A stretch of 64,000 nucleotides of DNA, taken from positions 256,001-320,000 of the forward strand of contig CAVUKB010000006.1 in NCBI GenBank assembly GCA_963741955.1, in the 5' to 3' direction. Positions 28,646 to 37,425 of this stretch are shown here, piece by piece. The position numbers were made by a program, and so were the translations under genes. This DNA comes from an uncultured Acidobacteriota bacterium. Its GTDB lineage: Bacteria; Acidobacteriota; Thermoanaerobaculia; Gp7-AA8. The notes under the pieces are model-generated. The model was not told the DNA's origin, ran no database searches, and was given only the letters and a program-made list of their open reading frames with translations. Within the stretch, counting starts at the first letter, position 1, and the number at the start of each line of letters is the position of its first letter.

Positions 28646-30985
28646 TCACTGCGCCGGAGTCTCCAGCGATTCGAGCAGACGGCATACGACTTTCTCGCGA
28701 CTCCAACCACCGCGGATCGCACCGAGGTAATACGTCGTCCCGACCCGGTCCGGACTGCGACCGAAGATGCGAAGGTAGACCCGATCGAGAAAGTCGCCAT
28801 CACTCAGGCACTCGGCGGGAGGGAGCGAAGAGAGAACCGCCCTCGCCAGTTCATCGCGGCTTCTGATCGCCGACGCCGTGGCTGGATCTTCGCCGAGCCG
28901 CATCAGGAAGAGCTCCCGTTGCGAAACGGTCATTCGATCCGGCTCGGGACAGGCGGACGGATCTCGATCACGCCCAGGCGGTGAAATGTGATCGGGGACG
29001 AAGACCATCGGCACTTCGCGCTCCGATTCCGATGAAGAGTCGGATGAAGAGTCGGAGCCGGAGACCTGGATCCAGTCGAACGCCGCCGCCAGCTCCCGCT
29101 CGTCGTCGGAGCGGTTGCGGTTCGCAGGAGAGGCGGCGTACGCGAGCTCGAAAGAGAACCTGCCGAATCGATCGCTCACCTGTGCGGCGAACGGAAATGC
29201 GATCACAGTCCGCTCCTGCCCGAGTGTGCGCTCGCCGAGCGGCTTCCCGTCGAGAAGGACGCGCATTCGCTGCTCCCGTCCCTGGAGTGGAAACGCGGAA
29301 GCCCGGACGCGAAGCTCGCGCGAGCCCGCAGGAATGGGCATCGTCACGGTCGCTTGCCTGCCAGACCATCGGAAGTGAGATCCTCCCGCGCTCTCAGCGC
29401 CGAACCACCCGCTCGGAAGAAAGGGATCGCAGCTCGAATCGAGATCGAGGCGTCCGTGGTGAGCGATCCTGAAGCTCTGGAAGAAACGCGCACGCTCGGA
29501 AGGCGTGGCACGGTCGCCCAGGAATCGCAGGAGGTCCGGCGCGTAGAAGAGTCTCACTTCCTCGGTTTCATCCCGGTCGATCGGAAGCATCCCACACCCC
29601 CAGCGCCGGGTCCTTTCCGATTCGTCGAATCCCCCCACCACCACCCACGCCCGAGGACGGCGCTCGACTGCGTACCGTGCGAGCGGAACCGAGTCACGAA
29701 CGCTGCGGACGTCCAGCCCACGCCCTTGCTGGCGGAGATAGAACGACAGCGAGACCGAAGCCCAGTCACCGCCGGCAATCACCAGATCGTCCGGGCGAGC
29801 GTGCATTGCGAGCGTCGACGCGATTCCCCGCCAGTCCGCACGCTGAAACGGCTCGACCCGTGCCGCTTCGATCCCGGTGAAAATCAGAGGCGACACGGCC
29901 ACCGTCGCGACGAGAGCGAAGAAAGCTTCCGACCATCTCTGCCTCTTCGACCGCAGTTCGCTCGCGAACCGCGCGATTCCGCCGCATCCAGACGCGGCCA
30001 GGACCAGCACCGGAGGGAGCGCGGTGATGACGTAGCGAAGGGAGAACCAGTGTCCGAGGAGAGCAAGAGAGAGAAGGGTTGCGGCGACCGGAAAGATCGC
30101 GAGCGTCAGGAGGACGGCTTTCGCCGCCTTCGACCGAAGAGCGACGAATCCGGCGAGCACGAGGATCGCTCCCATCAGAGCGATCGGCGAAGGCGCGATC
30201 ATCTCGTGTGCGGTGACGAAGAACCCGTTCACGATTTTTCCGCCGACAGACAGCAGGGTCTCGGAGAAGGGCGCATGAATTCGCCCCCGCGGATATCGTG
30301 CGTAGAAGAGCGCGAGGAATGCGGCGGCCATCATGAGCAGGCCGGACGCCTGCAGCAGCGTCCGCCTTCGGGACGCCGATGGACCGGCGAAGGCCACCAC
30401 TCCCATGGCTGCAACGACCCCGAGGACGAAAGGTGCTGCGCTCGCGGCGGTCGCGACGGCGATGAAGATGGACCCCGCAAGAAGGGCGATCGTGCGCCTT
30501 CCGCGAGAGCCGAAACCGAGCAGCGCCACCACTGAGGCGAGGACGAGAATCGAATACGTGCGGCCCTCCCTCGAATACGCGACGTGAAAGGGGGAGACGG
30601 CGAGGAATAGAGTCGCGAGCAGCGCAGTGAATCTCCGCTCGGTGAGCCGGACTGCGGCGACGAACATGAGCGGCAGCGTCAGGATACCGACGACCACGTC
30701 GGGGAGCCGCCACGCAGCTTCGACGCCGAGTGGCAGGAAGAGTGACGGGAGGTGCACGAGATAGTAGAGCGGACCGTTCTCATGCTCGAAGCCGATCAGC
30801 CACTGAAGGAAGGATGAATGGATCGCTCGACGCGCAATCTCGACGTTGAGAATCTCGTCCAGCCAGAGTGGCGGGACACCGAGGCACCGCAGGCGCAGCC
30901 ACGCACCAAGGACGATGACGACGAGAAGCGCCGCAAGGAGCGCGCGGTCGTCGAACTTCGAAGCTTTCGGGATCGGTGACGGCAT
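28646..30985 (-). CDS. GT-C (PMT/GT39-like) membrane glycosyltransferase with extracellular C-terminal domains (DUF4214-like end)
   Basis: LWLDE, PLYY, YSREGRTY, many TM helices; FLDRVY..IFGR.PD..G..YY. Confidence 0.75.
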   Translation of the reverse strand: MPSPIPKASKFDDRALLAALLVVIVLGAWLRLRCLGVPPLWLDEILNVEIARRAIHSSFLQWLIGFEHENGPLYYLVHLPSLFLPLGVEAAWRLPDVVVGILTLPLMFVAAVRLTERRFTALLATLFLAVSPFHVAYSREGRTYSILVLASVVALLGFGSRGRRTIALLAGSIFIAVATAASAAPFVLGVVAAMGVVAFAGPSASRRRTLLQASGLLMMAAAFLALFYARYPRGRIHAPFSETLLSVGGKIVNGFFVTAHEMIAPSPIALMGAILVLAGFVALRSKAAKAVLLTLAIFPVAATLLSLALLGHWFSLRYVITALPPVLVLAASGCGGIARFASELRSKRQRWSEAFFALVATVAVSPLIFTGIEAARVEPFQRADWRGIASTLAMHARPDDLVIAGGDWASVSLSFYLRQQGRGLDVRSVRDSVPLARYAVERRPRAWVVVGGFDESERTRRWGCGMLPIDRDETEEVRLFYAPDLLRFLGDRATPSERARFFQSFRIAHHGRLDLDSSCDPFLPSGWFGAESAGGSHFRWSGRQATVTMPIPAGSRELRVRASAFPLQGREQRMRVLLDGKPLGERTLGQERTVIAFPFAAQVSDRFGRFSFELAYAASPANRNRSDDERELAAAFDWIQVSGSDSSSDSSSESEREVPMVFVPDHISPPGRDRDPSACPEPDRMTVSQRELFLMRLGEDPATASAIRSRDELARAVLSSLPPAECLSDGDFLDRVYLRIFGRSPDRVGTTYYLGAIRGGWSREKVVCRLLESLETPAQ

Positions 30986-31078
30986 CTCGGACGGCTCTCC
31001 GGATCGGGAGATGCCGAATGATCGCACGGACCGGAGAGGCCCAGGGGAAACAACAGCCGCACGCGCGGCGCGGGGTCG

Positions 31079-31897
31079 TCAGGGCTTTCTCGCCAGGATG
31101 AAATCCTGAAAGCTCATGAACTCGCTTCGGAATGACCACCCTCCGTAGCGGATCTCGGCGACGGGAACCCCGTACCTCGCGAGAGCCTCCCGTACCGCTC
31201 GTTCGTCGAGGCCGATCGCCCGCTCCGGATCGTCCTCGTCCTGGACCGCGTACTGAGAATCCACCGCGGTCAGCTGCGGAGTGGTGTGACCCATCATCGG
31301 ACGGCTCTGGTCATTGAGGAGAAAGAACGAACCGACGAATCGTCCTCCCGGTTTCAGCACTCGTGCGATCTCGGAGAGATAGTGGTCGCCCGCTCCGGGA
31401 GTCAGGTGCGTGAAGAGAGATGCGGCGAAGACGAGATCGACCGAGCCCGTGGCGTACGGAAAGCGGAGATCTTCGGCTGCGATTGCGCCGCGCGGGTTGT
31501 AGTGACGGTTGCGAACGTCGATCCGGCTGAAGTGAAAGTTCGCGTGTGCGGATTCGATGTGCTTCCGGCACCAGGCGATTCCCCGGCGATCGATGTCGAA
31601 GCCGGCGTACTCGCCGTCTTTCAGGAAATCGAGAAGAGGGACTGCGAGGCGCCCGATGCCGCATCCCGCATCGACGATGCGCTCGTGGGGCTTCAGTTCT
31701 CCGAGCTCGATGGCGATCGACGCGAGCTGGCGTCCGATCTCGAGGAAATCGAATCCGCCGATCCTGTGCACCTCGCGGCGAGGCGGGACCATTGGCGGCC
31801 GGCGCCTCAGAATGGTGTCGGTCAGGTCGAGAACGGCGAGCCGGGTCACGCGCAGGCTCTCGCGTGCACGGGAGAGGGTACTCATGGCGCGAAGCAT
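31079..31897 (-). CDS. Class I SAM-dependent methyltransferase
   Basis: VDAGCGIGR, SLFTHL, RVLKPGG. Confidence 0.85.
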   Translation of the reverse strand: MLRAMSTLSRARESLRVTRLAVLDLTDTILRRRPPMVPPRREVHRIGGFDFLEIGRQLASIAIELGELKPHERIVDAGCGIGRLAVPLLDFLKDGEYAGFDIDRRGIAWCRKHIESAHANFHFSRIDVRNRHYNPRGAIAAEDLRFPYATGSVDLVFAASLFTHLTPGAGDHYLSEIARVLKPGGRFVGSFFLLNDQSRPMMGHTTPQLTAVDSQYAVQDEDDPERAIGLDERAVREALARYGVPVAEIRYGGWSFRSEFMSFQDFILARKP

Positions 31898-31920
31898 AGA
31901 ACGAATCGTCCGTCTGCACG

Positions 31921-32514
31921 TCAGGGCTTACGAAGGCCGGCGCGCGCGAGGCGCCGCGTGTAGTCTCGGATGTCTTCCGGCCATGACCGGGTCAGGCGCG
32001 TGAATCGCGAGCGGTCGCCGGCGAAAAGCGCGCGGCTCGCTTCTTCGAAGCCGGGAAGATCTCCGGCCATCGCGGACATGAAGCGGTACGCCGCTTCGCG
32101 CGATTCGCGGACCGCATCGGTCTCGCGGTTCGCACGCCTCGCTTCGTCGACCAGTTTCCTCAGGGCCACGGATGCGCCACCAGGTTGCTTCGACAACCAT
32201 TCCCAGTGGCGGGGGAGGAGCGTCACTTCACGCGAGACCACACCGAGCCGCGGGCGTCCCGGCCCTTTCTGTCGCTGCGCGACGGGCGGAGCCTCCTCCC
32301 CCGACTTCTCCAGTCGCACCAGGATCTCGCGCATGCTTCCGTGCAGATCGACGTCGATCACCCGTCCGGTGGCGTCGTCGAACACGAGGGCGGCGGATTG
32401 ATGCCTCCGGCCGATCGATTCTTTGATTTTCGCGGCGACATCTGCCAGCGTTCCGGACGCGACGCGGCGTCCCTCCTCGAATGCGGTGTAGCTTTCCTGC
32501 GGTTCTTCGCTCAT
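31921..32514 (-). CDS. DUF2239 family protein
   Basis: GRPRLGVVSREVTLLPRHWEWL..QPGGASVALR, AGDLPGFEEA.RALFAGD. Confidence 0.85.
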   Translation of the reverse strand: MSEEPQESYTAFEEGRRVASGTLADVAAKIKESIGRRHQSAALVFDDATGRVIDVDLHGSMREILVRLEKSGEEAPPVAQRQKGPGRPRLGVVSREVTLLPRHWEWLSKQPGGASVALRKLVDEARRANRETDAVRESREAAYRFMSAMAGDLPGFEEASRALFAGDRSRFTRLTRSWPEDIRDYTRRLARAGLRKP

Positions 32515-32534
32515 CGGTTCATCCTCGGTTCCGC

Positions 32535-32580
32535 TTTATACCCGGGTGAAATGAATTCGTCAATAGACCCGGGTAAAATT
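32535..32580 (-). promoter_or_regulatory. Sigma70-type promoter (TTGACG-17-TATAAA) with two ACCCGGGT palindromic operators
   Basis: -35 at 32563-32558, -10 at 32540-32535; ACCCGGGT at 32540-32547 and 32567-32574. Confidence 0.7.
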
Positions 32581-32584
32581 GCCG

Positions 32585-33031
32585 TCACCGATCGTCGCGG
32601 CGCTTCACGAAGAGATGGGAAGTCTTGGCCTGTCGGTAGCCTTCCCGCAGGTAGAACGCGTGGGCCCGCTCGCGAACCACGTTCGAACGGATGTGGATCT
32701 CTTCCACTCCGCTGCGACGCGCCCACTCCTCCGCTCTGGAGAGGAGATCCACGCCGATGCCGCTTCCGCGGTATTGGCGCGCGACGACCAGCGACGCGAT
32801 CTGAACGAACGGATCGAGCTCCAGCTGTCGCCGGATCGCCGCGTGGATCCAGCCGACCGCGCGGTCGCCCTCATCGACCGCGAGAAGCACGAGATCGTCC
32901 CGCCGTTCGAGAAGTGAGGCGAGACGATCCCGAAGCTGCTCCCCGGTGGACGGATAGCCGAGCTGCCCGCTGAGATCGGCCAGTTCCGGCGCGTCCGTCA
33001 GGCGTGCATTGCGAATCACGATCGCGGCCAA
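32585..33031 (-). CDS. GNAT acetyltransferase (PhnO-like)
   Basis: QLGYP, YRGSGIG, R.RAHAFY..EGY; start uncertain. Confidence 0.8.
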   Translation of the reverse strand: MAAIVIRNARLTDAPELADLSGQLGYPSTGEQLRDRLASLLERRDDLVLLAVDEGDRAVGWIHAAIRRQLELDPFVQIASLVVARQYRGSGIGVDLLSRAEEWARRSGVEEIHIRSNVVRERAHAFYLREGYRQAKTSHLFVKRRDDR

Positions 33032-33134
33032 GATGGAGATTCCCCGGCCGGATTGTACGCCGGAAGACCCGCTCGACCGTTGGCTCCCCGTCGCGTGCCT
33101 CCCCTCCCCCGGCGCGATTCGAAGCAACGCGGCT

Positions 33135-33566
33135 TCACGCCTGTGACGGAGGATTCTCGATCGCCGCCGGATCCATCCAGATGACTTCCCAGTGATGGCC
33201 GTCGGGATCGTAGAAGCTCCAGCCGTACATGAACCCCTGGTCGACCTGATCCTTCGCGTGCGTCCCGCCGGCCGCGAGCGCCTTCTTCACCAGGTCGTTC
33301 ACTTCGTCGCGGCTGCTGCAGGAAAGCGCGACCAGCCCCTCCGTGTGCGTCGTCGTGTCGCAAAGGTTCTTCGAGGTGAACGTCTTGAAGAACTCCTCCT
33401 GCAGGAGCATCACGAATCCCTCCTCGCTCACGACCATGCAAGCGGCCTTCTCGTCCGTGAACTGCGGATTGAAGCCGAAACCAAGTGCGCGGAAGAACTC
33501 CATCGAACGATTGAGATCGCGCACCGGGAGATTGACGAACATCTTGCGAGAACCATTCGTGCTCAT
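33135..33566 (-). CDS. VOC/glyoxalase family protein
   Basis: FVNLPVRDL..SMEFF, FMYG.SFYDPDGHHWE. Confidence 0.88.
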   Translation of the reverse strand: MSTNGSRKMFVNLPVRDLNRSMEFFRALGFGFNPQFTDEKAACMVVSEEGFVMLLQEEFFKTFTSKNLCDTTTHTEGLVALSCSSRDEVNDLVKKALAAGGTHAKDQVDQGFMYGWSFYDPDGHHWEVIWMDPAAIENPPSQA

Positions 33567-34000
33567 CGCTGGATCTCCTCCATCGGTTTGGTGCTGTTGA
33601 ACATCCACTCCACTCCGAACTCGTCCGTGACGGCGCCGAACGTGCCCCAGAACTCCTCGTGGACCGGCACCTTCACCCGCCCCGTCGCCGCGAGCGCCTC
33701 GAACCGCCGGGTCATCTCTTCGGGCGTTTCGAAGTCGATCGCGACCTGGACCTGTGCACCGAGCGGCAGCGGCATCTCGCCCGGGACGTCGCTCACCATC
33801 AGCCGCGCGCCGTCGAGATGGACGATGGCGTGCATCACCATGTCTTTGTTCTCGGGTGTGCACTCGATTGCTCCGGGAGGAGCGTCGCCGAAGTGGAGCT
33901 CCGGTTCGACGCGAGCTCCGAGCGCGTGCTCGTACAGTCGGAGCGCCTTGCCTGCGTTTCCTTTGAAGTAGAGATAGGGGGTGATGCTTCGAACGGCCAT
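33563..34000 (-). CDS. VOC family protein (PhnB/YjdN-like)
   Basis: ITPYLYF.G, VMHA, FWG.FG.VTDEFGVEW. Confidence 0.88.
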   Translation of the reverse strand: MAVRSITPYLYFKGNAGKALRLYEHALGARVEPELHFGDAPPGAIECTPENKDMVMHAIVHLDGARLMVSDVPGEMPLPLGAQVQVAIDFETPEEMTRRFEALAATGRVKVPVHEEFWGTFGAVTDEFGVEWMFNSTKPMEEIQR

Positions 34001-34056
34001 CTTCGTTCTCCTTTCTTGCTGCTGTCGAGAGTTTGGACGGTCATGGCTCCTCGAAA

Positions 34057-34494
34057 TCATCGGCGGGACGCGAGAATGTTGCGGACCCGCGCGTCGCGCA
34101 GCCACAGCCCTCCCCAGATCAGGACCGCGACATACACCGGAGCGAGAACGAACGTGAGCATCGGTGCTCCGACTCGCACATTCGTCGCGACCGCGCCGCC
34201 GAGATATCCCGTGAGGAGGACCGCGCCGAGCGGAGCAGTGCGGGGAATGACGTAAACCACGAGGCACGCGAGAAGGATGAAGCCGATCGGTGCCACGACG
34301 CCGGCGGGGTAGCCGACCTTGACCGTCCCTTCCACGGCCGCCGGCATCCTGAGGATCTTGATCGTGCAGTCGAAGAGAAGAAAGAGCGTCGCGATCGTGC
34401 TGAGTACACGCCCAACCCAGACTGCGGAGCGGGAGAGGTTCGACGATCTATCGAGGGTGTGTGATGGAGGAATTGTCGAGGTCGTATTGGTCAT
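34057..34494 (-). CDS. DoxX family membrane protein
   Basis: PRTA.LGAVLLTGYLGGAVAT.VR, WGGLWLRD. Confidence 0.85.
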   Translation of the reverse strand: MTNTTSTIPPSHTLDRSSNLSRSAVWVGRVLSTIATLFLLFDCTIKILRMPAAVEGTVKVGYPAGVVAPIGFILLACLVVYVIPRTAPLGAVLLTGYLGGAVATNVRVGAPMLTFVLAPVYVAVLIWGGLWLRDARVRNILASRR

Positions 34495-34522
34495 CAGGAG
34501 CTCCTTCCGTGAAGTTCTGATG

Positions 34523-34553
34523 CATAGACCGGTTCAGAGGTGAAACTTCATCG
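34523..34553 (-). promoter_or_regulatory. SigG-type ECF promoter CGATGA-N18-GTCTATG
   Basis: Matches the mycobacterial SigG consensus CGATGA-N18-GTCNNTA with one mismatch, upstream of doxX-VOC-VOC. Confidence 0.65.
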
Positions 34554-34677
34554 GTCGCGCCGCTTCTTTCGTAACCGAATGGGAACGCTCCGCCTGATGC
34601 GCTCGCGCAACGAACCGTGAGTGCGGGGTGGTGCGGGATCCGCGCGCCATCGCCTCTCGACAGGTGGGAGGTTTTCT

Positions 34678-35625
34678 CTACTCCAGCTCGGCAGGCATAC
34701 CGAACCGCGGAAAGAGTGTCTCGGTGTCGAGAAACGCGTTCCAGGCTGCGATGCCGTCGGAACCCATTTCGAAGACGATGATCGCCCATGGCTCCCACGG
34801 GCCGCCGCTCCCGTCCGAGTGGTAATGAGCGAACGCAGGCATTCCGTTGGCGGCGGTCCGGACCAGGCGCGACCCGCGACAGACGGAGCCGCGTCCCAGC
34901 AGCCATCCGCGGATCGAGTCACGTCCTCGCAGCCAGAGCGAGTAAGGCGGCATCGACATCGTGACGTCCTCGCGCAGCAGCCGGACGACACCGTCGACAT
35001 CGTAACGTTCGAATGCGTCGACGAACTGCGCGAGCAGCTCCTCCTGCGATTCGTCGAGTGGCGCGGAGGCGCCGGAGAGATCGCGTGAAGCGAGCGTCGC
35101 CCGGGCGCGCTGCAGTGCGCTGTTCACCGATGCGACGGTGGTGTCGAGACATTCGGCGGTCTCGGCGGCGGACCACCCGAGGACCTCGGTGAGAAGGAGA
35201 GCGGCGCGCTGCTTCGGCGGGATGTGCTGGAGCGCCGCGACGAATGCGAGGCGGATCTTCTCGCGCTGTAGAGCGATTCCTTCCGGATCGCCGTCCGCGG
35301 AGATCGCCACCGCGTCGGGAATCGGTTCGAGCCAGTGCGTACGGGGATGCTCGATCAGCGGCGCGTCGACTGAACCGGCCGGTCCGAAGTCCATGGGGCG
35401 CTCGCGGCGTTTCCGCTCCGAGAGTGCGTCGAGACAGACATTCGTCGCGATGCGGTAGAGCCAGGTGCGGAGCGCCGCCCGTCCCTCGAAGCGGTCGAGA
35501 TTCCGGAACGCGCGAAGCATCGTCTCCTGCACCGCGTCGTCGGCATCGACCACGGAGCCGAGCATGCGGTAGCAATGTCCAACGAGAGCAGAGCGGTGCT
35601 GATCGAGATCGACATCGACGGTCAT
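34678..35625 (-). CDS. ECF sigma factor, SigG-like with C-terminal SnoaL domain
   Basis: [44 protein letters not shown]...W..G. Confidence 0.88.
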   Translation of the reverse strand: MTVDVDLDQHRSALVGHCYRMLGSVVDADDAVQETMLRAFRNLDRFEGRAALRTWLYRIATNVCLDALSERKRRERPMDFGPAGSVDAPLIEHPRTHWLEPIPDAVAISADGDPEGIALQREKIRLAFVAALQHIPPKQRAALLLTEVLGWSAAETAECLDTTVASVNSALQRARATLASRDLSGASAPLDESQEELLAQFVDAFERYDVDGVVRLLREDVTMSMPPYSLWLRGRDSIRGWLLGRGSVCRGSRLVRTAANGMPAFAHYHSDGSGGPWEPWAIIVFEMGSDGIAAWNAFLDTETLFPRFGMPAELE

Positions 35626-35913
35626 GGGTCGCCTCACCTTGCAGCGAAGGACGAGATCGAACGGCTCTGAAAAGCCCGGGATCTCCTGCATCCCGGCTGC
35701 GGTCGCTCTCGTCCGCTCCGACTGCGAACGTCGATTGTAGCCGCCCATCCATTCAATGGGCAATCGCCGGCGCCTCGCCGGTGATCCGCTTCACTCTCGA
35801 ACGGAGGAGATCGAGCTCACTCCGCACCGCAGTCGCTTCCGGCCCTCCTTGCTGCCGGGAATGGTATCGTGCGGATCGCGCGTGCGCGACAGACCATTCG
35901 AGGTGATCTCATC

Positions 35914-37305
35914 ATGAGAAGAATTTCCCGTCTCCTGATCGTCCTGATCGTTTTCTCCTTCACTACGACGCTCTTCGGTGCCGACGCACTGGCTCCCGGA
36001 TTGCGCGAGAAGATCGATGACGCCGTGACGAAGGGCCTCGAGAAGAGCGGTGCGCCCTCGGCATCGATCGCGGTCGTACGCAACGGACAGATCGTCTACA
36101 CGAATGCATACGGGCTGGCGCAACTGAAACCACGTCGGGCGGCGACCGCCGGGATGCGTTACAGCATCGGCTCGATCAGCAAACAGTTCACAGCCGCATC
36201 GATTCTGCTGCTGGCGGAGGAAGGGAAGATCTCCCTCGACGACAAGCTGGTCCGATGGTTTCCCGAGCTCACGCGCTCCAATGAAGTGACGGTACGGGAG
36301 ATCCTATCGATGACGTCGGGCTATCAGGACTTCTGGCCCCAGGACTACGTGATGCCGCGGATGATGCATCCCGTGACGCCTCAGGAGATCCTCGACGAAT
36401 GGGCGAAGAAGCCGCTCGATTTCGAGCCGGGGACACAATACCAGTACAGCAACACCAACTATGTGATCGCCGGAGCTCTGGTACAGAAGGTCGCAGGGAT
36501 GCCCATCGGGGAGTTCCTTCAGCAGCACGTGTTCGGGCCTCTGGGGATGGCCAGCGTGACCGACAGCGACCGCGCGGCGCTCGGGGCTGACCAGCCGATG
36601 CGCTACCGTCGCTTCGCACTCGGACCGCTCCGCCCCGCTCCGAAGGAAGGGCCGGGATGGATGTTCGCGGCGGGTGAACTGGCGATGACCGCTCACGACC
36701 TCGCTCTGTGGGACATCGCGATGATGGATCGGAAGATCCTCTCGCCGGAATCGTGGAAGAAGATGGAGACCGAGGTTCGGCTCGCGAATGGTGTCGGTGC
36801 GAATTATGGACTCGGCGTCGGCGTCAGCGAATCGCACGGCCACCGTCTGATCTCGCACGGTGGCGAAGTGTCGGGATTCACCGCGCGGAACTCTGTGTAT
36901 CCGGACGACGCGACGGCAGTGGTCGTGCTGACGAATCTCGATGCGACATCGGCGTCGTCGGACATCGCCTCCAAGATCGCGGAGCTCCTGTTCGAGACCA
37001 CGGACCAGAAAGCGCTCGAACAGGCGAAGGCGATCTTCGCCACCCTGCAGAAGGGAGCGATCGACCGCTCTCTCCTCACCGCCAATGCGAATGCCTATTT
37101 CAGCGACGAGGGATTGCGGGACTTCGCGAGCAGCCTCGGTCCGCTCGGCAAGCCGGAGTCGTTCACCCAGCAGTCGCAATCGCTGCGCGGCGGAATGACT
37201 CTTCGACGATATACGGTGAAGTTCCCGGAGAAGACGCTGCGGATCACCACATTCACTCTCCCGGACGGAAAGTTCGAGCAGTACATGGTCGCCGCGGCCG
37301 ACTGA
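35914..37305 (+). CDS. Secreted serine hydrolase, beta-lactamase/AmpC-like family
   Basis: SISK (SxxK), YSN, HGG; signal peptide. Confidence 0.88.
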   Translation: MRRISRLLIVLIVFSFTTTLFGADALAPGLREKIDDAVTKGLEKSGAPSASIAVVRNGQIVYTNAYGLAQLKPRRAATAGMRYSIGSISKQFTAASILLLAEEGKISLDDKLVRWFPELTRSNEVTVREILSMTSGYQDFWPQDYVMPRMMHPVTPQEILDEWAKKPLDFEPGTQYQYSNTNYVIAGALVQKVAGMPIGEFLQQHVFGPLGMASVTDSDRAALGADQPMRYRRFALGPLRPAPKEGPGWMFAAGELAMTAHDLALWDIAMMDRKILSPESWKKMETEVRLANGVGANYGLGVGVSESHGHRLISHGGEVSGFTARNSVYPDDATAVVVLTNLDATSASSDIASKIAELLFETTDQKALEQAKAIFATLQKGAIDRSLLTANANAYFSDEGLRDFASSLGPLGKPESFTQQSQSLRGGMTLRRYTVKFPEKTLRITTFTLPDGKFEQYMVAAAD

Positions 37306-37425
37306 TCGGGAGTCGAACAGGCGCCATACTGCGATCATCTCGCCCGCAATATGCGCGTGCCGCCCGAGACCGGTGGCCCAACGGAAGGCTCGCGTCGCTC
37401 GCGTGACGCGGCAGAACCGGAGAGA

